Shown: positions 26,704 to 37,644 of the stretch, one piece after another
Layout of the letters: each line of letters opens with the position of its first letter
Numbering within the stretch: the first letter of the stretch is position 1
Origin: a virus
Lineage: Duplodnaviria > Caudoviricetes
Length of the DNA: 64,000 bases
IMG/VR virus record: IMGVR_UViG_3300022217_000003
Location: 32,001 to 96,000 of that record
Direction: 5' to 3' (one strand)
Program-made: the position numbers and the translations under genes
Notes under the pieces: generated by a model
Told to the model about the DNA's origin: nothing
Database searches by the model: none
The model's input: only the letters and a program-made list of their open reading frames with translations

Positions 26704-28808
26704 GAGTTATTTTTAATATTCTCCCCTTTCTTTAATAAGTCGTAGCCCCCATAGAGGATGCGCCGATATTTAATTCCATATCATAACACAACAAATCAAA
26801 AACATCAACCTCTATGTGCGCCAATTTGTCATGCGACAATAGGTTAATATCAAGGACATAGTCTGTGTCCATATTTCTTATTTTAGAAACATGTGTTTCT
26901 TCATCATCATGCCCTATATCAATTGTCACTTGATATTCTCTTTTGTTTTCATAATATTTAACAAATCTTTTCTCTTTACTGTCCATATTTACCTCCTTTT
27001 ATTTATCCAATGGCAACATAACTCCGCATATAGGACATACACCATCATATATATCCTGTTCACTTAATAATTGTCCACACTCTTTACAGATATCAGGATA
27101 AAATTTATCAACTAAATTCATATCTAACTCCCATTCTTTAGCTTGGTGATTTCGGCTTCGGATTGGCTTAGTTTGTTTTCTAGCCAGTCAGCCCAATCTA
27201 TTGAAATATATCTAACTTCATTATCATCCATTATTACTGGTATTGGCTTTCCTGTTTGTTTTGTGTATTCTTCTCTAAGTTTATTAGCCATTATTTACGC
27301 TCCTCCTTAAAATCTTTACATGCTTTTTTATGTTTTGGTAAATATTTATTATATTCAACTTTATAATCGCTTTTACAGATAAGATAATCTTGGCATTCTC
27401 CGCATTTTCTATTTAATGACCGAAGTGTATCACACATTTGTTTCATGTGATTTTGTATATACTTACTCATCACTTCTCTCCTCTCAGATGTTTGAGTTCT
27501 TTTTTGAGCTGTTCAATATCACATTTTTCATCACACCCATCACATATAGTGCCTTGATTTAGGCACGACAATGTAGCTTCTATTGCATCCTCAAGCAATC
27601 TTATAGCATTTTCACAATACATTAGCTTTGCTCCTTTATTTCATGAACTACTAATTCACATTCTGCCGGTTTTTGCACCCTACCATTTGGTTTGTTTTTT
27701 TCTATCATAATCAATATCCATCCCTTATCTTCATATACTTTCTGCAAATCATAATTATTTAAATCAACCCATCCTTTTATTTCCATAACCTCATCCCTCC
27801 TTATTAATTTCTTTTATCAACTCTTTAAGTTTTTTGATTTGTTTACGTCGCATCTTTATCTTGTCTGCCGCCCTGTATATTATATCTCCCAACATACCTG
27901 CGAAATTACCGAAGCAATGCTGGTAATTAAATAAGTCCTTCTCCTTTAATTCTTCTGGGGAATATTCATATCCCCCGTGCCTTGATAATATATCATCCCA
28001 AAAGAAGCCATCTTCCATAACTATATCTTTCACCTTATTAATTCTTTTTAATGTCATCCCGTGATTCCAATATTTCTTTAGTGTTAAGAAGTGATCCCAA
28101 TATTGCTGTTTTTTATATAGTTGGTATTCCATAATATCATGCTCCTTTAAAAAATTCTCATATTCTAATCGTTTTATTCTAAAACAACCATTAAGATATT
28201 TCATTTGTGATTTATGATGTGCATTTAAAAATTGTGTCAAAAGAAAAGTAACATATATCATACCCAATCCAAAGGTTACTAAAAATATTATTCCTCCAGC
28301 CATATTATCATCTACCTCCAAACTATCCATTTTATTGTTTTCCAAATCAATTTAAATACTTTAACAATGTCGTGTTTACAATCCTTAAATTGTAATTCAA
28401 ACCATTCATTATTAAAAGAAATTTTTGGATTTAACAATATATAAAAAAGACTACATAAACACAGGAAAATGACTACTGCAAAACAAGTAGCCAAGTACGA
28501 TAACAAACAAAAAATACCAACCAACGCACATACAAACCTTATAGGCAATCCTATTATAAATCTTATTTTATTCATCATGATTTACCACTTATATCGGTAA
28601 ACCTTAAAAAAAATACTACCGTTAAAAACAAATCTAGGGACATGTATATTAATAATTTTTGCCATTTTAAAAACACGTAGCCATCGTCGTCCGAATCAAT
28701 CGCCCCTGTAAGTAAAAATAAGAAAACAAAGATACCGACAATTGCTAATCCCAAGCATACATACCTATTATCCCATATTATTTTTCTCATATCATTACCT
28801 CCAATGTT

Positions 28809-28949
28809 GTTATGTTTTCAAAGCAGGGTGCGTGACCAAGCTTATATCGACATACTTGATCACGCTACCCAATATCAATGGGGATCTTAATGTTTACTGT
28901 CAATTCAGCCTTCCTAACTCCTCCCTAGTCCCCGAAGGAATTACATAAC
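28809..28949 (-). ncRNA. Candidate structured leader or small RNA
   Basis: Starts at the predicted +1; GTTATGT/ACATAAC closing stem, cTTCGg tetraloop hairpin, and GCGTGATCAAG/CTTGGTCACGC hairpin on GGGT/ACCC. Confidence 0.5.
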
Positions 28950-28955
28950 TCTTTA

Positions 28956-28984
28956 AATATACTCTATTTTTTAAGTTTTGTCAA
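28956..28984 (-). promoter_or_regulatory. sigma70-type promoter
   Basis: TTGACA-17 nt-TATATT. Confidence 0.8.
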
Positions 28985-29151
28985 GTGGTTTTTTTCATTA
29001 TACAAAAATATCCCTAATTAATCGTATAACTAAAGATATAAAACCATTGGGCTTAAATGCAAAAAACAGAATTAATACCCAATATATAACATGGACAAAA
29101 AAGGGAACTAACTTTCTTGCAAATATATAACCCAATATAAAATATATTATA

Positions 29152-29937
29152 TTATTTTTTCCCATTTTTTGAATCATTTTTTGCCCCCTTTAAACTTTTC
29201 TCCAAGCTATCAATCATTGCCTCCATCAATGACTTTACCCTTGAAGCCAATGCCCCATGCAAGAAAAAATGGTCAATTAGAATAACTATACCTAAAGTAA
29301 ATATAGTATCCTCATGTCTTTGAAATATCTTTTTTACATTTTCCCAAATATTCATTTTTATTTCTCCTTTCTTTTTTAATTTAAGGTATTTAAGGTTTTC
29401 ATTTTTCAGCTTTTCTATAAGCCCAACTTGGAAATTGCTTCCAGAACTTATTATTTTCAAAATTTTAACCTTTGCCCACGCGCTATCATCATCTGACTCA
29501 TTTCCAGTGCTTACTATTTCACCCTCAAAAATATCAGTAGTACTAAACCAGCCCCTGGAATCATCATACCTAACATACGCCCCCACAGGAACACATACTT
29601 GCTTATACCCATCATCATTCTTGGTATAAATGTCACCCATGCCTATACCACCTCCTTTATTTTTTAATTTTAAATAATTAACCCAATCTCTATCCACCTT
29701 CTTAATGTCGCCTACGCTCTGACCGCGACACCCTCTTATTATCTTACCCAACTTAACCGTTAACCATGGATACCCGCTATATGTTTCATCACTAACAGCT
29801 ATAACTTCGCCCTCAAATATATCAGAGTGACTATTTTGTCCAGAACCCCTTTTCGAATCATCATAAATCACATACGCACCTGCGCATATAGAAAATCTTT
29901 TATATTTCTCCTCATCCAAGTAATAAATGTCACCCAT
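29152..29937 (-). CDS. Hypothetical protein with a tandem-duplicated beta domain and a C-terminal hydrophobic segment
   Basis: MGDIY...GAYV.YDDS...DIFEGE occurs twice; internal SD+ATG sites. Confidence 0.75.
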   Translation of the reverse strand: MGDIYYLDEEKYKRFSICAGAYVIYDDSKRGSGQNSHSDIFEGEVIAVSDETYSGYPWLTVKLGKIIRGCRGQSVGDIKKVDRDWVNYLKLKNKGGGIGMGDIYTKNDDGYKQVCVPVGAYVRYDDSRGWFSTTDIFEGEIVSTGNESDDDSAWAKVKILKIISSGSNFQVGLIEKLKNENLKYLKLKKKGEIKMNIWENVKKIFQRHEDTIFTLGIVILIDHFFLHGALASRVKSLMEAMIDSLEKSLKGAKNDSKNGKK

Positions 29938-29955
29938 GCCTATACCACCTCCTTT
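29626..29955. repeat. 33-bp exact direct repeat (29626-29658 and 29923-29955) containing an SD and start codon
   Basis: ataaatgtcacccatgcctataccacctccttt occurs twice, 297 bp apart. Confidence 0.9.
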
Positions 29956-29963
29956 CTAACAAG

Positions 29964-29992
29964 AATATACTACATTTTTTAATGTTTGTCAA
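29964..29992 (-). promoter_or_regulatory. sigma70-type promoter
   Basis: TTGACA-17 nt-TATATT. Confidence 0.8.
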
Positions 29993-30357
29993 GTGCTATT
30001 TTTACTGTAACTTGGTGGCAGTAGCATTATTTTTACTTTGTCATATATACTCTTAGTATTAATATAATATGTATATAATATATATATGAGGAGAGAGAAA
30101 AAGGCTTACTGCCACAGAGCGAAGGTTTGTTATATTGTTATTAAATGATAGATTGGGTTTACTGCATATAGGTGTCAGTAAAAAACGTCAATAAAAAGTC
30201 GCAAATATTATCTTTACGGCTGTTTATTGACGCTACATTGCATCTTTATAGATAAAAGGTAGTTTGCTATGGATTTAAATTTTGAGGGGGTATATGAGCC
30301 ATTTTTGAGGGCTTATATGGGGCTATGCTGTAGTTAATGAGAGGCAGGGTGTCTTTA
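29993..30357. other. Candidate replication origin
   Basis: Non-coding gap just downstream of the DnaC-like gene, with an AT tract flanked by inverted repeats and a local reversal of G/C strand bias. Confidence 0.4.
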
Positions 30358-31233
30358 TTATATTCTTTTATCTTCTTTTTGTGACATTCCTATTGTGAAA
30401 CACATTGATTGTATCCTGGACATTATGCGATAGCCTAATTTTTGAGATAACATACTTGGGTGGCAGTTTGAAGATATTATTAATCCGCCCCTGCCCCTTA
30501 CATATCGTCCATCAATTATTTCATATATTTTTTCTAAAACATATTCCGTTGGTTTTTCAACTCCTATATCATCCAAGTATAAAAATGGAACACTTATTAA
30601 ATAATCAATTAGTGCAGTGGTACTCATGTATTTTTTTTCTATCTGATCCTTATCAAATTTTCTCTTAATATTTCTCATTAACTCAGGGACATTCTCATAA
30701 TGACATATTCTTAATGAGTTTGTAGCTATTGCATTTTGAATAGCAACTCCTGTATGGCTCTTGCCGGTTCCTGATATGCCATGAAGATAAAAACCCACAT
30801 ATTTTTTTTCTTTTATTTGGAATTTAAGTTTATCTATAAATTCAATTACTCTCTTTTTCTCAATTATTTTAGTTTTTAATATAGGGGGGAGATTATCTAT
30901 ACAATATTTTTTATACGCCGGTGGAATGTTCATATGGTTTTGTATTTTAACCAAGACCTTAATATCGTTTACAGTATTTTCGTAAGCGACATAATTCGGA
31001 TTAACGCAATCACATGTCTTTAGTTTGCGCCCCTGCTGAACAAACTTAAATTCACCATACTTTTCTAAAGCCATTTGTATATCTGGGGAAAGAGAATCCA
31101 ACTCTTCCTGTGTCCTCTTACACATACCCGTGCCATGACACTGAATACAATCAGGCTTATGAAAACTAGGCATATCCCCCAGTAGTCCACTTTTTAAAGA
31201 TTCCAGTTTTTCATAAATAGTAAGTTCGTACAT
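30358..31233 (-). CDS. DnaC/IstB-like AAA+ helicase loader
   Basis: N-terminal C..C.GTG...CDC; Walker A GISGTGKS; LYLDDIGVE; IIDGRY; ISSN; RIMSRI. Confidence 0.9.
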   Translation of the reverse strand: MYELTIYEKLESLKSGLLGDMPSFHKPDCIQCHGTGMCKRTQEELDSLSPDIQMALEKYGEFKFVQQGRKLKTCDCVNPNYVAYENTVNDIKVLVKIQNHMNIPPAYKKYCIDNLPPILKTKIIEKKRVIEFIDKLKFQIKEKKYVGFYLHGISGTGKSHTGVAIQNAIATNSLRICHYENVPELMRNIKRKFDKDQIEKKYMSTTALIDYLISVPFLYLDDIGVEKPTEYVLEKIYEIIDGRYVRGRGGLIISSNCHPSMLSQKLGYRIMSRIQSMCFTIGMSQKEDKRI

Positions 31234-31244
31234 TCCCCCTCCTG

Positions 31245-32210
31245 TCAGCTTGAATCTAACTCTTCTAAGTTATCTATATCAACAGATTTTGCGTCATATT
31301 GGTTATGCACATCGTCTGGAACAAAGTTATTAAGGTCTTCTTTTTTCTTTAATGTTTTTACTATAATTTCAACTTGACTGCCTATAAATCCAGGTTGAGA
31401 TTTATGTTTATAAAATTTCTCGTCTTTATAAACATAATCCAATATTTCCTTATTTTTTTCAAAAGTATATAGCCTTCTCATTTTTTTTATTCCATTTTGA
31501 TCTTTAACCGCAAGTGCAGATGACACAGAGCCATCCTTTTTCTTTCTTTCACATAATATATGACCGAAAGCTTCTTTATTTTTCTTATTCCAATATTCTA
31601 ATAGCTCCCTATACTTATCATCTACAGAATCAGCCTCTCCCAACCGCTGCATAAGCTCGTTTATTCTCTTCTTTTGATTTTTAATAACGGTGTCTTTCTT
31701 TGAGTTTTCGTCTTGAAGCCTTTTAACCTCTCTTTTTAAAAAATCATTCTCAGATAAAGCGGTTTTTTCGCTGTCCTGAGACTTCAATAATTGATTTTCT
31801 TTCTGTAAATAGGCTTTCCTGAGCTCAAACGGATGCATATCACGTATTTCATTATCAACCTTATCTACTTTGTCTTTTCTATCTTTGGTTTCGGGAGTTG
31901 ATTCGGTTAAATAATCGTTTCTTATTATTCTCCACGTTATATCTGGCACATTAATTAATTCACACAGCCCATTATAATCATATTTGCTCCGGAATCCATA
32001 TATATACCATAATTCTCTCTCTGACACGCCTATATCGACTGCCACTTGTGGCAGGATCTTGGTTATACCGTTACTTTTTTCTTTATATAGCCTTACCCCT
32101 ATCTCCCATTTAAATTTAATGAATTCTATATTTGACTTTTTCCAATAACTATCACTCATCTCCTTTATATCTGATATTATATTTTTATAACTACTGTCTC
32201 TTACTTGCAT
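31245..32210 (-). CDS. Hypothetical protein (helical N domain plus coiled coil), replication module
   Basis: 321-aa ORF between the initiator-like and loader genes. Confidence 0.65.
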   Translation of the reverse strand: MQVRDSSYKNIISDIKEMSDSYWKKSNIEFIKFKWEIGVRLYKEKSNGITKILPQVAVDIGVSERELWYIYGFRSKYDYNGLCELINVPDITWRIIRNDYLTESTPETKDRKDKVDKVDNEIRDMHPFELRKAYLQKENQLLKSQDSEKTALSENDFLKREVKRLQDENSKKDTVIKNQKKRINELMQRLGEADSVDDKYRELLEYWNKKNKEAFGHILCERKKKDGSVSSALAVKDQNGIKKMRRLYTFEKNKEILDYVYKDEKFYKHKSQPGFIGSQVEIIVKTLKKKEDLNNFVPDDVHNQYDAKSVDIDNLEELDSS

Positions 32211-32222
32211 TTTTTATCCTTT

Positions 32223-32912
32223 TTATAATTGGAGGTTAACGCCTTTTTTAAATAAGTTTTTAATAGACAATCTCATATTAATGCTTTTCTTTTTTTTAAG
32301 GTAGTTACAGATAACGATCAGCATATTAGCCGTATCGATGTGATTATAATTATCTAATATGTGATTTACCAATTTTATATCCTTCACAATATTAAACCTA
32401 TAGGATTCTAACAATAATAATATTTTTAAATGCTTAATAACATCATTGGGGTCTTTATCAGACAGGGCTTTTATGGTAGGTGTGACAAAGTCATTGTCGC
32501 CGTGATTTAGCTTGCTTATAAATCTTTCAGTTGCCAATTCATAAGCATCCCTACTTTTATGCTCTTCCTTATATAATAAAGGGATAAATGATATAGGGAT
32601 AGATTTAATATTATTTACAGGTCTCTTCCCCCTATTTGTCCATTGTGTATGGTCAGGATTAAAATAATATTGATACTCTCCCCAATCATTATTTCGGGTT
32701 ATATAATTATTCTTAATAAGAAAGTTAACAGCTCTTGATACCTGGGAAATACACAGGTTTGTCATTTTAATAAGTTCACCATAAGAAATAGTGCAAAACT
32801 GATTATCCTTTAATATGGTTTCTTTTAAAATAGCCCACATTACCTTTCTGCATGGCTCTGAATGCATTTTGCACAATATAATAGAGTCCAATATATCTTC
32901 GGGGATATCCAT
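32223..32912 (-). CDS. Phage replication initiator-like winged-HTH protein
   Basis: KVMWAILKET...ISYGELIKMTNL...VSRAVNFLIKNNYI...Y.FN.D..QW resembles the lambda O N-terminal domain. Confidence 0.6.
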   Translation of the reverse strand: MDIPEDILDSIILCKMHSEPCRKVMWAILKETILKDNQFCTISYGELIKMTNLCISQVSRAVNFLIKNNYITRNNDWGEYQYYFNPDHTQWTNRGKRPVNNIKSIPISFIPLLYKEEHKSRDAYELATERFISKLNHGDNDFVTPTIKALSDKDPNDVIKHLKILLLLESYRFNIVKDIKLVNHILDNYNHIDTANMLIVICNYLKKKKSINMRLSIKNLFKKGVNLQL

Positions 32913-32913
32913 T

Positions 32914-33480
32914 CTATTCGGAATTATTGTTGTATAGCTCTGCCCTATATTCCATTGTCCGAAGATAGGTTAAGTTTCTGATAAGATCAATATAGCTATC
33001 CAATATAGGCAACATATTTTCCCATGTACTCTGCAGTGCCTTTGAAGCGGCAATAGAACATTTCTTCAAAAACAGTAATTTATTTTCTTCCATAATTTTA
33101 TTTTCTGTCTGCTTTTCTGACGTGGTTTTATTGATTAACATTTTAATCCTGGGCTTTTCCTTCTCGGCAAAAATATCCATTTGGTATCTAACTTCTTGAT
33201 CAACTTTGGTAAATGCCTCCCTGCGAGATATTTGAAAAGTCAAATACCCCTTAAAATTAATAAGACAATGCCTGTACTTATTTAGTTTAATAATATCCTT
33301 TTCTTCACAAAGCTTATCCTTACTCATATTCAGAATCTTTGTAATATCTGGATCAAAGGAATCTGGATTTAGCCCTATACCCTTATAGAAGTCATCTATA
33401 TTCTTGACTACCGCAGATCCCTTGGGTATTTTTTTTTGTTCCTCAACTACCTTGTTGTATTCTGTCTGTGTTATTCTCAT
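32914..33480 (-). CDS. Hypothetical helical protein
   Basis: 188-aa ORF packed in the operon. Confidence 0.6.
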   Translation of the reverse strand: MRITQTEYNKVVEEQKKIPKGSAVVKNIDDFYKGIGLNPDSFDPDITKILNMSKDKLCEEKDIIKLNKYRHCLINFKGYLTFQISRREAFTKVDQEVRYQMDIFAEKEKPRIKMLINKTTSEKQTENKIMEENKLLFLKKCSIAASKALQSTWENMLPILDSYIDLIRNLTYLRTMEYRAELYNNNSE

Positions 33481-34555
33481 TTGTCCCCCTTTTATCTAAT
33501 ATACATGATAATATAACAAAAATACCGGACAAAATCAAGGATAAAATTGCCCATAAATAGCTTTGTTTTAATATCATATTGAACATAAAAATTATATTCA
33601 TTCCTACTACTACAACCTGTAGTAGTATAATTACTGTTGCCATGCTAACAATCCCTGTTTTTTCTTTTTCATATATATCTTTTTAAACATTTTGATATCA
33701 CACTTGTAAGGCGTAACATCCTTAGCTTTTTTGCCAGTAACCTTAGCCTGCATTTCTTTTATTTCTTGTTTTATTTTCTTTACCCTTGTTCCTCTCATTT
33801 TTACTCCTTTCTATAAAGTTTTCACAATCTATTTTTATACAAGTAAAGCTACCTATAAATACTTGTCCATCTCCATGGTAAACCCCCATAAAAATATCTT
33901 GTTTTTTCCAAAACGCCCACCATGGTTTCTTTTTATAAGGTCTTGCTTTACCTATTCTTTTATCTATGGTTATAACATCCCCTATTTCTATTTCTTTATC
34001 CATATTATATATTAACCACCTTTTTTAATGCATCCACGGAGAGTAGATACAAGTAGCCTTGTATTAAAATCCTCTCTAGTTATTTTTTCTTTTATTGATT
34101 TTTTCCAACCTCCTGATGTTCTATCCCACCCATCAGGGTCTAATACAATAATATTACAATCTTCCCACTTTGTCTTATCTGATATACCATGTATATTTAA
34201 TTCTTCTGCCCATTGTACAGAACTCTTTTTTATACCTTTATGCATATTGCTTACTCCTTGTGAGGGATAGGGGCAGGACATTATAAAAAATCCCCCTTGA
34301 CCAAAGACAAAATGTTATTACTACTAAATCATAGTTTTACTACGACCCACCCCCTGCTTATTTCCACCATCAAAAGTGGAAAAACAAGAATTACTCAATT
34401 TCGAGCAATTCTTTTAATTTCTTAATCTGTTCCTCTTTTAACTTTATCATTTACTCTCCCTAACCCATTGCTTCGCATTGCAATTACTGCACTTTTTTAA
34501 TTTAGATACTTTCATATCCGTATCTATTGTTGCGCCACACTTTTTGCATGTGTAT

Positions 34556-34948
34556 TTATATATCATCTTCTATCCCCTCTTGTATTTTTTTATTCATTTC
34601 ATTTAAAAAATCGTCTTCATCAAAATTATCACCGTCTATAGCTAAATACAATATGTCATTCATTTCGCAAAATTCTTTTTTTATCTTATCGTTCTCCTGC
34701 GCTTTTTTAAATCCTGCTTCTGTCTTATGAAAATGGGGAACAAATTTATGGTGCTGCTTACCCTGTATCTCAATAATCATTTGAAAGGGAGATTGGATAT
34801 ATATATCTGCAAACAGTGTCTTTCCATCAATATTTATCTGTTTTTCCTGCCATATAGTCCACGCAGGATATTCTTTTTTTAAACACCTAAATGCTTTTTT
34901 GTGCGCCTTACTGGCTTTTGCTTGGAAGGTATTATTATATATTACCAT
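34556..34948 (-). CDS. Vsr/DUF559-like endonuclease
   Basis: ADIYI....IIEIQGKQHH.FVPHFH...DKIKKEFC..NDI. Confidence 0.75.
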   Translation of the reverse strand: MVIYNNTFQAKASKAHKKAFRCLKKEYPAWTIWQEKQINIDGKTLFADIYIQSPFQMIIEIQGKQHHKFVPHFHKTEAGFKKAQENDKIKKEFCEMNDILYLAIDGDNFDEDDFLNEMNKKIQEGIEDDI

Positions 34949-35218
34949 TATTATATTTTTCCTTTAAAAGAATTAAGGGGACAATAACGACTATCAATGG
35001 ATAACCACTGATCAAGTTGCTCTACAGTAAACCATCCATACGCCCCATCTGTCCCTCCACCATTAATCCAATATCTTATATTATAATCAGTTATATATTT
35101 ATGTTCTTTTTTTTGCATAGGTGTAATATATTCCGCAAGTATACAAGAAGCTTTTCTATGCTTATGTTTATTAATTCTATCTATAATTTTAACTTTGTTA
35201 TCTATTTCCCTGGCTTTA

Positions 35219-36310
35219 TCACTCTCTATTATTATTTTCATCAAGCCCCCATCTTTCTTTTACGTGTTTTTCTAACCTGTTAAACATATCCTTATCTTCT
35301 TCTATGGCTTTTCTTAAATTATTCTGTCCCTGAAACTTTAAGCCTGTTTCAACTTCTTCATACCATGACCCTGCAAGAACTATCAATGGGGGGAGGTCTT
35401 TTTCTTTCTGCATTGAGATTTGCATTATCTCTTCTTCTTTCCAAAAACCATGTCCGTCCTTTATGCACAACCTTCTCTTTTCACTTGGAGACGCTGTCTG
35501 TATTTTTTTAAAATCACAGGTTACGTGCGCCCCCAATCCATTTCCCTCATCATCCCTTATTCTATCACTCGGTTGCATATCTAATTTTATTCTTATTGTA
35601 GCAAAATAAGGTATAGAATTACCACCAGTTGTAGTTTTGTAAGCCATGCCTGTTCCCATACCCGCATCCCGATATTGATTTATCATTATAATATTACTAT
35701 GAGAATCGGATATCCTCCCTGAATTTCTTTGGAAGAATTCACTTAACTGCGCTGCTCTAAGGGCAATCTTTTTTTTCTCATACCATTGTTTTTGCAAGTG
35801 TGCGGAGGTAACAATAGCAGCTACAGAATCTATTATCATAAAATATCTATCCCCGGTAGTTAATAGATTTTCTATAGTCTCATACATCATATCGCTATGG
35901 TCTACGGGGCAATATAAAAAGCCCTTTTCAATATTAACTCCCAATTTTTGAACATAGGCAGGACTGGTTTTTCTTTCCAAATCAAAATCAACCACGATAC
36001 AGCCATCCCTTTGAGCATCAGCACCCAAACAAAAAGCTAAAGTGCTTTTATACCTATCTTCTCTGCCTGCTATTTCTATTGTTTTTCCGGTGGGCATACC
36101 ACCAATACCTGTCATCCTGTTAAATGAAAGGCTACCGGTAGGTATATAATTATATTCAGTTATATAATTTTTAAGTATATCTTTTTCGCTACCTTTTATA
36201 AACTTTGTATTACCAAATTTCTTTTTCATATTGGCAATAACAACATCTACTGCGTTTATCTTGGGTTTATCTTTTTTCTTTTCAGTTTGTTTTTTTTCAG
36301 CCTTGGACAT
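35219..36310 (-). CDS. recA: RecA/UvsX recombinase
   Basis: IPTGSL.F....GIGGMP.GK.IEI.G, DLE, IIDSVAA, INQYR, TTGGN...YFATIRI. Confidence 0.93.
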   Translation of the reverse strand: MSKAEKKQTEKKKDKPKINAVDVVIANMKKKFGNTKFIKGSEKDILKNYITEYNYIPTGSLSFNRMTGIGGMPTGKTIEIAGREDRYKSTLAFCLGADAQRDGCIVVDFDLERKTSPAYVQKLGVNIEKGFLYCPVDHSDMMYETIENLLTTGDRYFMIIDSVAAIVTSAHLQKQWYEKKKIALRAAQLSEFFQRNSGRISDSHSNIIMINQYRDAGMGTGMAYKTTTGGNSIPYFATIRIKLDMQPSDRIRDDEGNGLGAHVTCDFKKIQTASPSEKRRLCIKDGHGFWKEEEIMQISMQKEKDLPPLIVLAGSWYEEVETGLKFQGQNNLRKAIEEDKDMFNRLEKHVKERWGLDENNNRE

Positions 36311-36324
36311 ATATCATCCTTTTC

Positions 36325-36996
36325 TTATAATATTTTCATTCCTTTTTCTTTACAAAGTGCCTTAAATAATTGCATATCATTCATTTTGGGATTACCAGGT
36401 TTCCATAATTCCTTATTTTCAACAAACCAGAAATCCCTAACTATATTATCTCCAAATGGACATTCCCCACCGTTTATAGCCCATGCAGTCATTTTTTCTT
36501 CACCACATATTATTGCATCACGTTTCATTAATTCCAATGTTAGTTTATCAGATAAATTACCCCAATTAATATTATGTAATAAATTAGAAATTTGAAATTT
36601 TATTCCTGTTAAATTTTTGGCGTTGCACAGGTCGGCGTTGCGCAGGTTGGCGTTGCGCAGGTCGGCGTTGCGCAGGTCGGCGTTGCACAGGTTGGCGTTG
36701 CGCAGGTTGGCGTTGTACAGGTTGGCGTTGTACAGGTCGGCGTTGTACAGGTTGGCGTTGCACAGGTTGGCGTTGCACAGGTCGGCGTTGCACAGGTCGG
36801 CGTTGCGCAGGTCGGCGTTGTACAGGTCGGCGTTGTACAGGTTGGCGTTGTACAGGTTGGCGTTGCACAGGTTGGCGTTGCACAGGTCGGCGTTGTATTC
36901 ACCTTCTTTATATAGGTCTTGCCTATATTTATTAAATTGATCTACTTTGCCTTCTGTCAACATCTTAACTAAAGTTTGCTTGGTTTTCTTTCTCAT
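36325..36996 (-). CDS. Pentapeptide-repeat protein
   Basis: About 18 consecutive (C/Y/R)NA(N/D)L units; start at MRKK after an SD, downstream of a promoter. Confidence 0.92.
   Translation of the reverse strand: MRKKTKQTLVKMLTEGKVDQFNKYRQDLYKEGEYNADLCNANLCNANLYNANLYNADLYNADLRNADLCNADLCNANLCNANLYNADLYNANLYNANLRNANLCNADLRNADLRNANLRNADLCNAKNLTGIKFQISNLLHNINWGNLSDKLTLELMKRDAIICGEEKMTAWAINGGECPFGDNIVRDFWFVENKELWKPGNPKMNDMQLFKALCKEKGMKIL
36618..36897. repeat. GC-rich 15-bp tandem repeat encoding the pentapeptides
   Basis: Minus-strand unit YRCAACGCCRACCTG, about 18-19 copies. Confidence 0.95.
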
Positions 36997-37019
36997 AAAT
37001 CCCTCCTTTATAATATCCA

Positions 37020-37048
37020 AATATACTAAAATTTTATGTAAAAGTCAA
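37020..37048 (-). promoter_or_regulatory. sigma70-type promoter
   Basis: TTGACT-17 nt-TATATT. Confidence 0.8.
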
Positions 37049-37644
37049 GAGCTGTTCTATTCTTTATACTCCCTTACCTTGATTACAATATCTTTGAAAT
37101 AAGAAGCCACTTTATCCTGGCATTCTTTTAAATCACCGAATAGCCATTCTTCTAAAATAGGGTTGTCTTTATCTTTTATCATATAAGTTGTAGTGGTTTC
37201 TATTGAATCGGAAATCAATACACTTTTGATAATTATTGCCCTGATAACAGTTTTCTTTATGCAACTTTCTTCGTTATCAAAGTGGTATACTTCATCCCCT
37301 ATATTATATTTTGTTTTTATTTCCATTTGCTTCTCCCTACTTTGAATTTAATCCAAGTTTGTTAGCCTCGTCCAATATATCTCTTTTCTTTAATGCCAAT
37401 TCTATTTTTTCCTCTATCATTTTTTCAAGACCTTCTGGGGTATATTCTACTGTTACTAACGATGGTCGAGATTTTTTTCTTTCCCCGTTTTCCGTTTCAA
37501 AAACATCAAGATGGTTCACCCTTGGATTTTCCAATTGCTCTTTAATCATCTCTATTGCCTTTTCCGGTTCAGAAAAATCTAATTCCATCATCTCCCCTAA
37601 TTCGCCATTATCATATACACTTTGTGCCATATTATATACCTCCT

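Noticed and set aside
34320-34415. Three short adjacent hairpins
   Set aside because: They partly overlap a small ORF end, have no enclosing stem and no recognisable motif; insufficient support for an RNA call.
36040-36075. Inactive RecA because Walker A reads GREDRYKS
   Set aside because: T4 UvsX also has an aromatic residue before the Lys (GPSKSFKS), so this is within known phage recombinase variation.
36618-36897. Possible diversity-generating retroelement target (A/G variation in AAC-rich repeats)
   Set aside because: No reverse transcriptase or separate template repeat in the window; the variation fits ordinary repeat turnover.
36584-36940. QRQPV, CATPT and RLAL repeat ORFs
   Set aside because: These are alternative frames of the stop-free 15-bp pentapeptide repeat.
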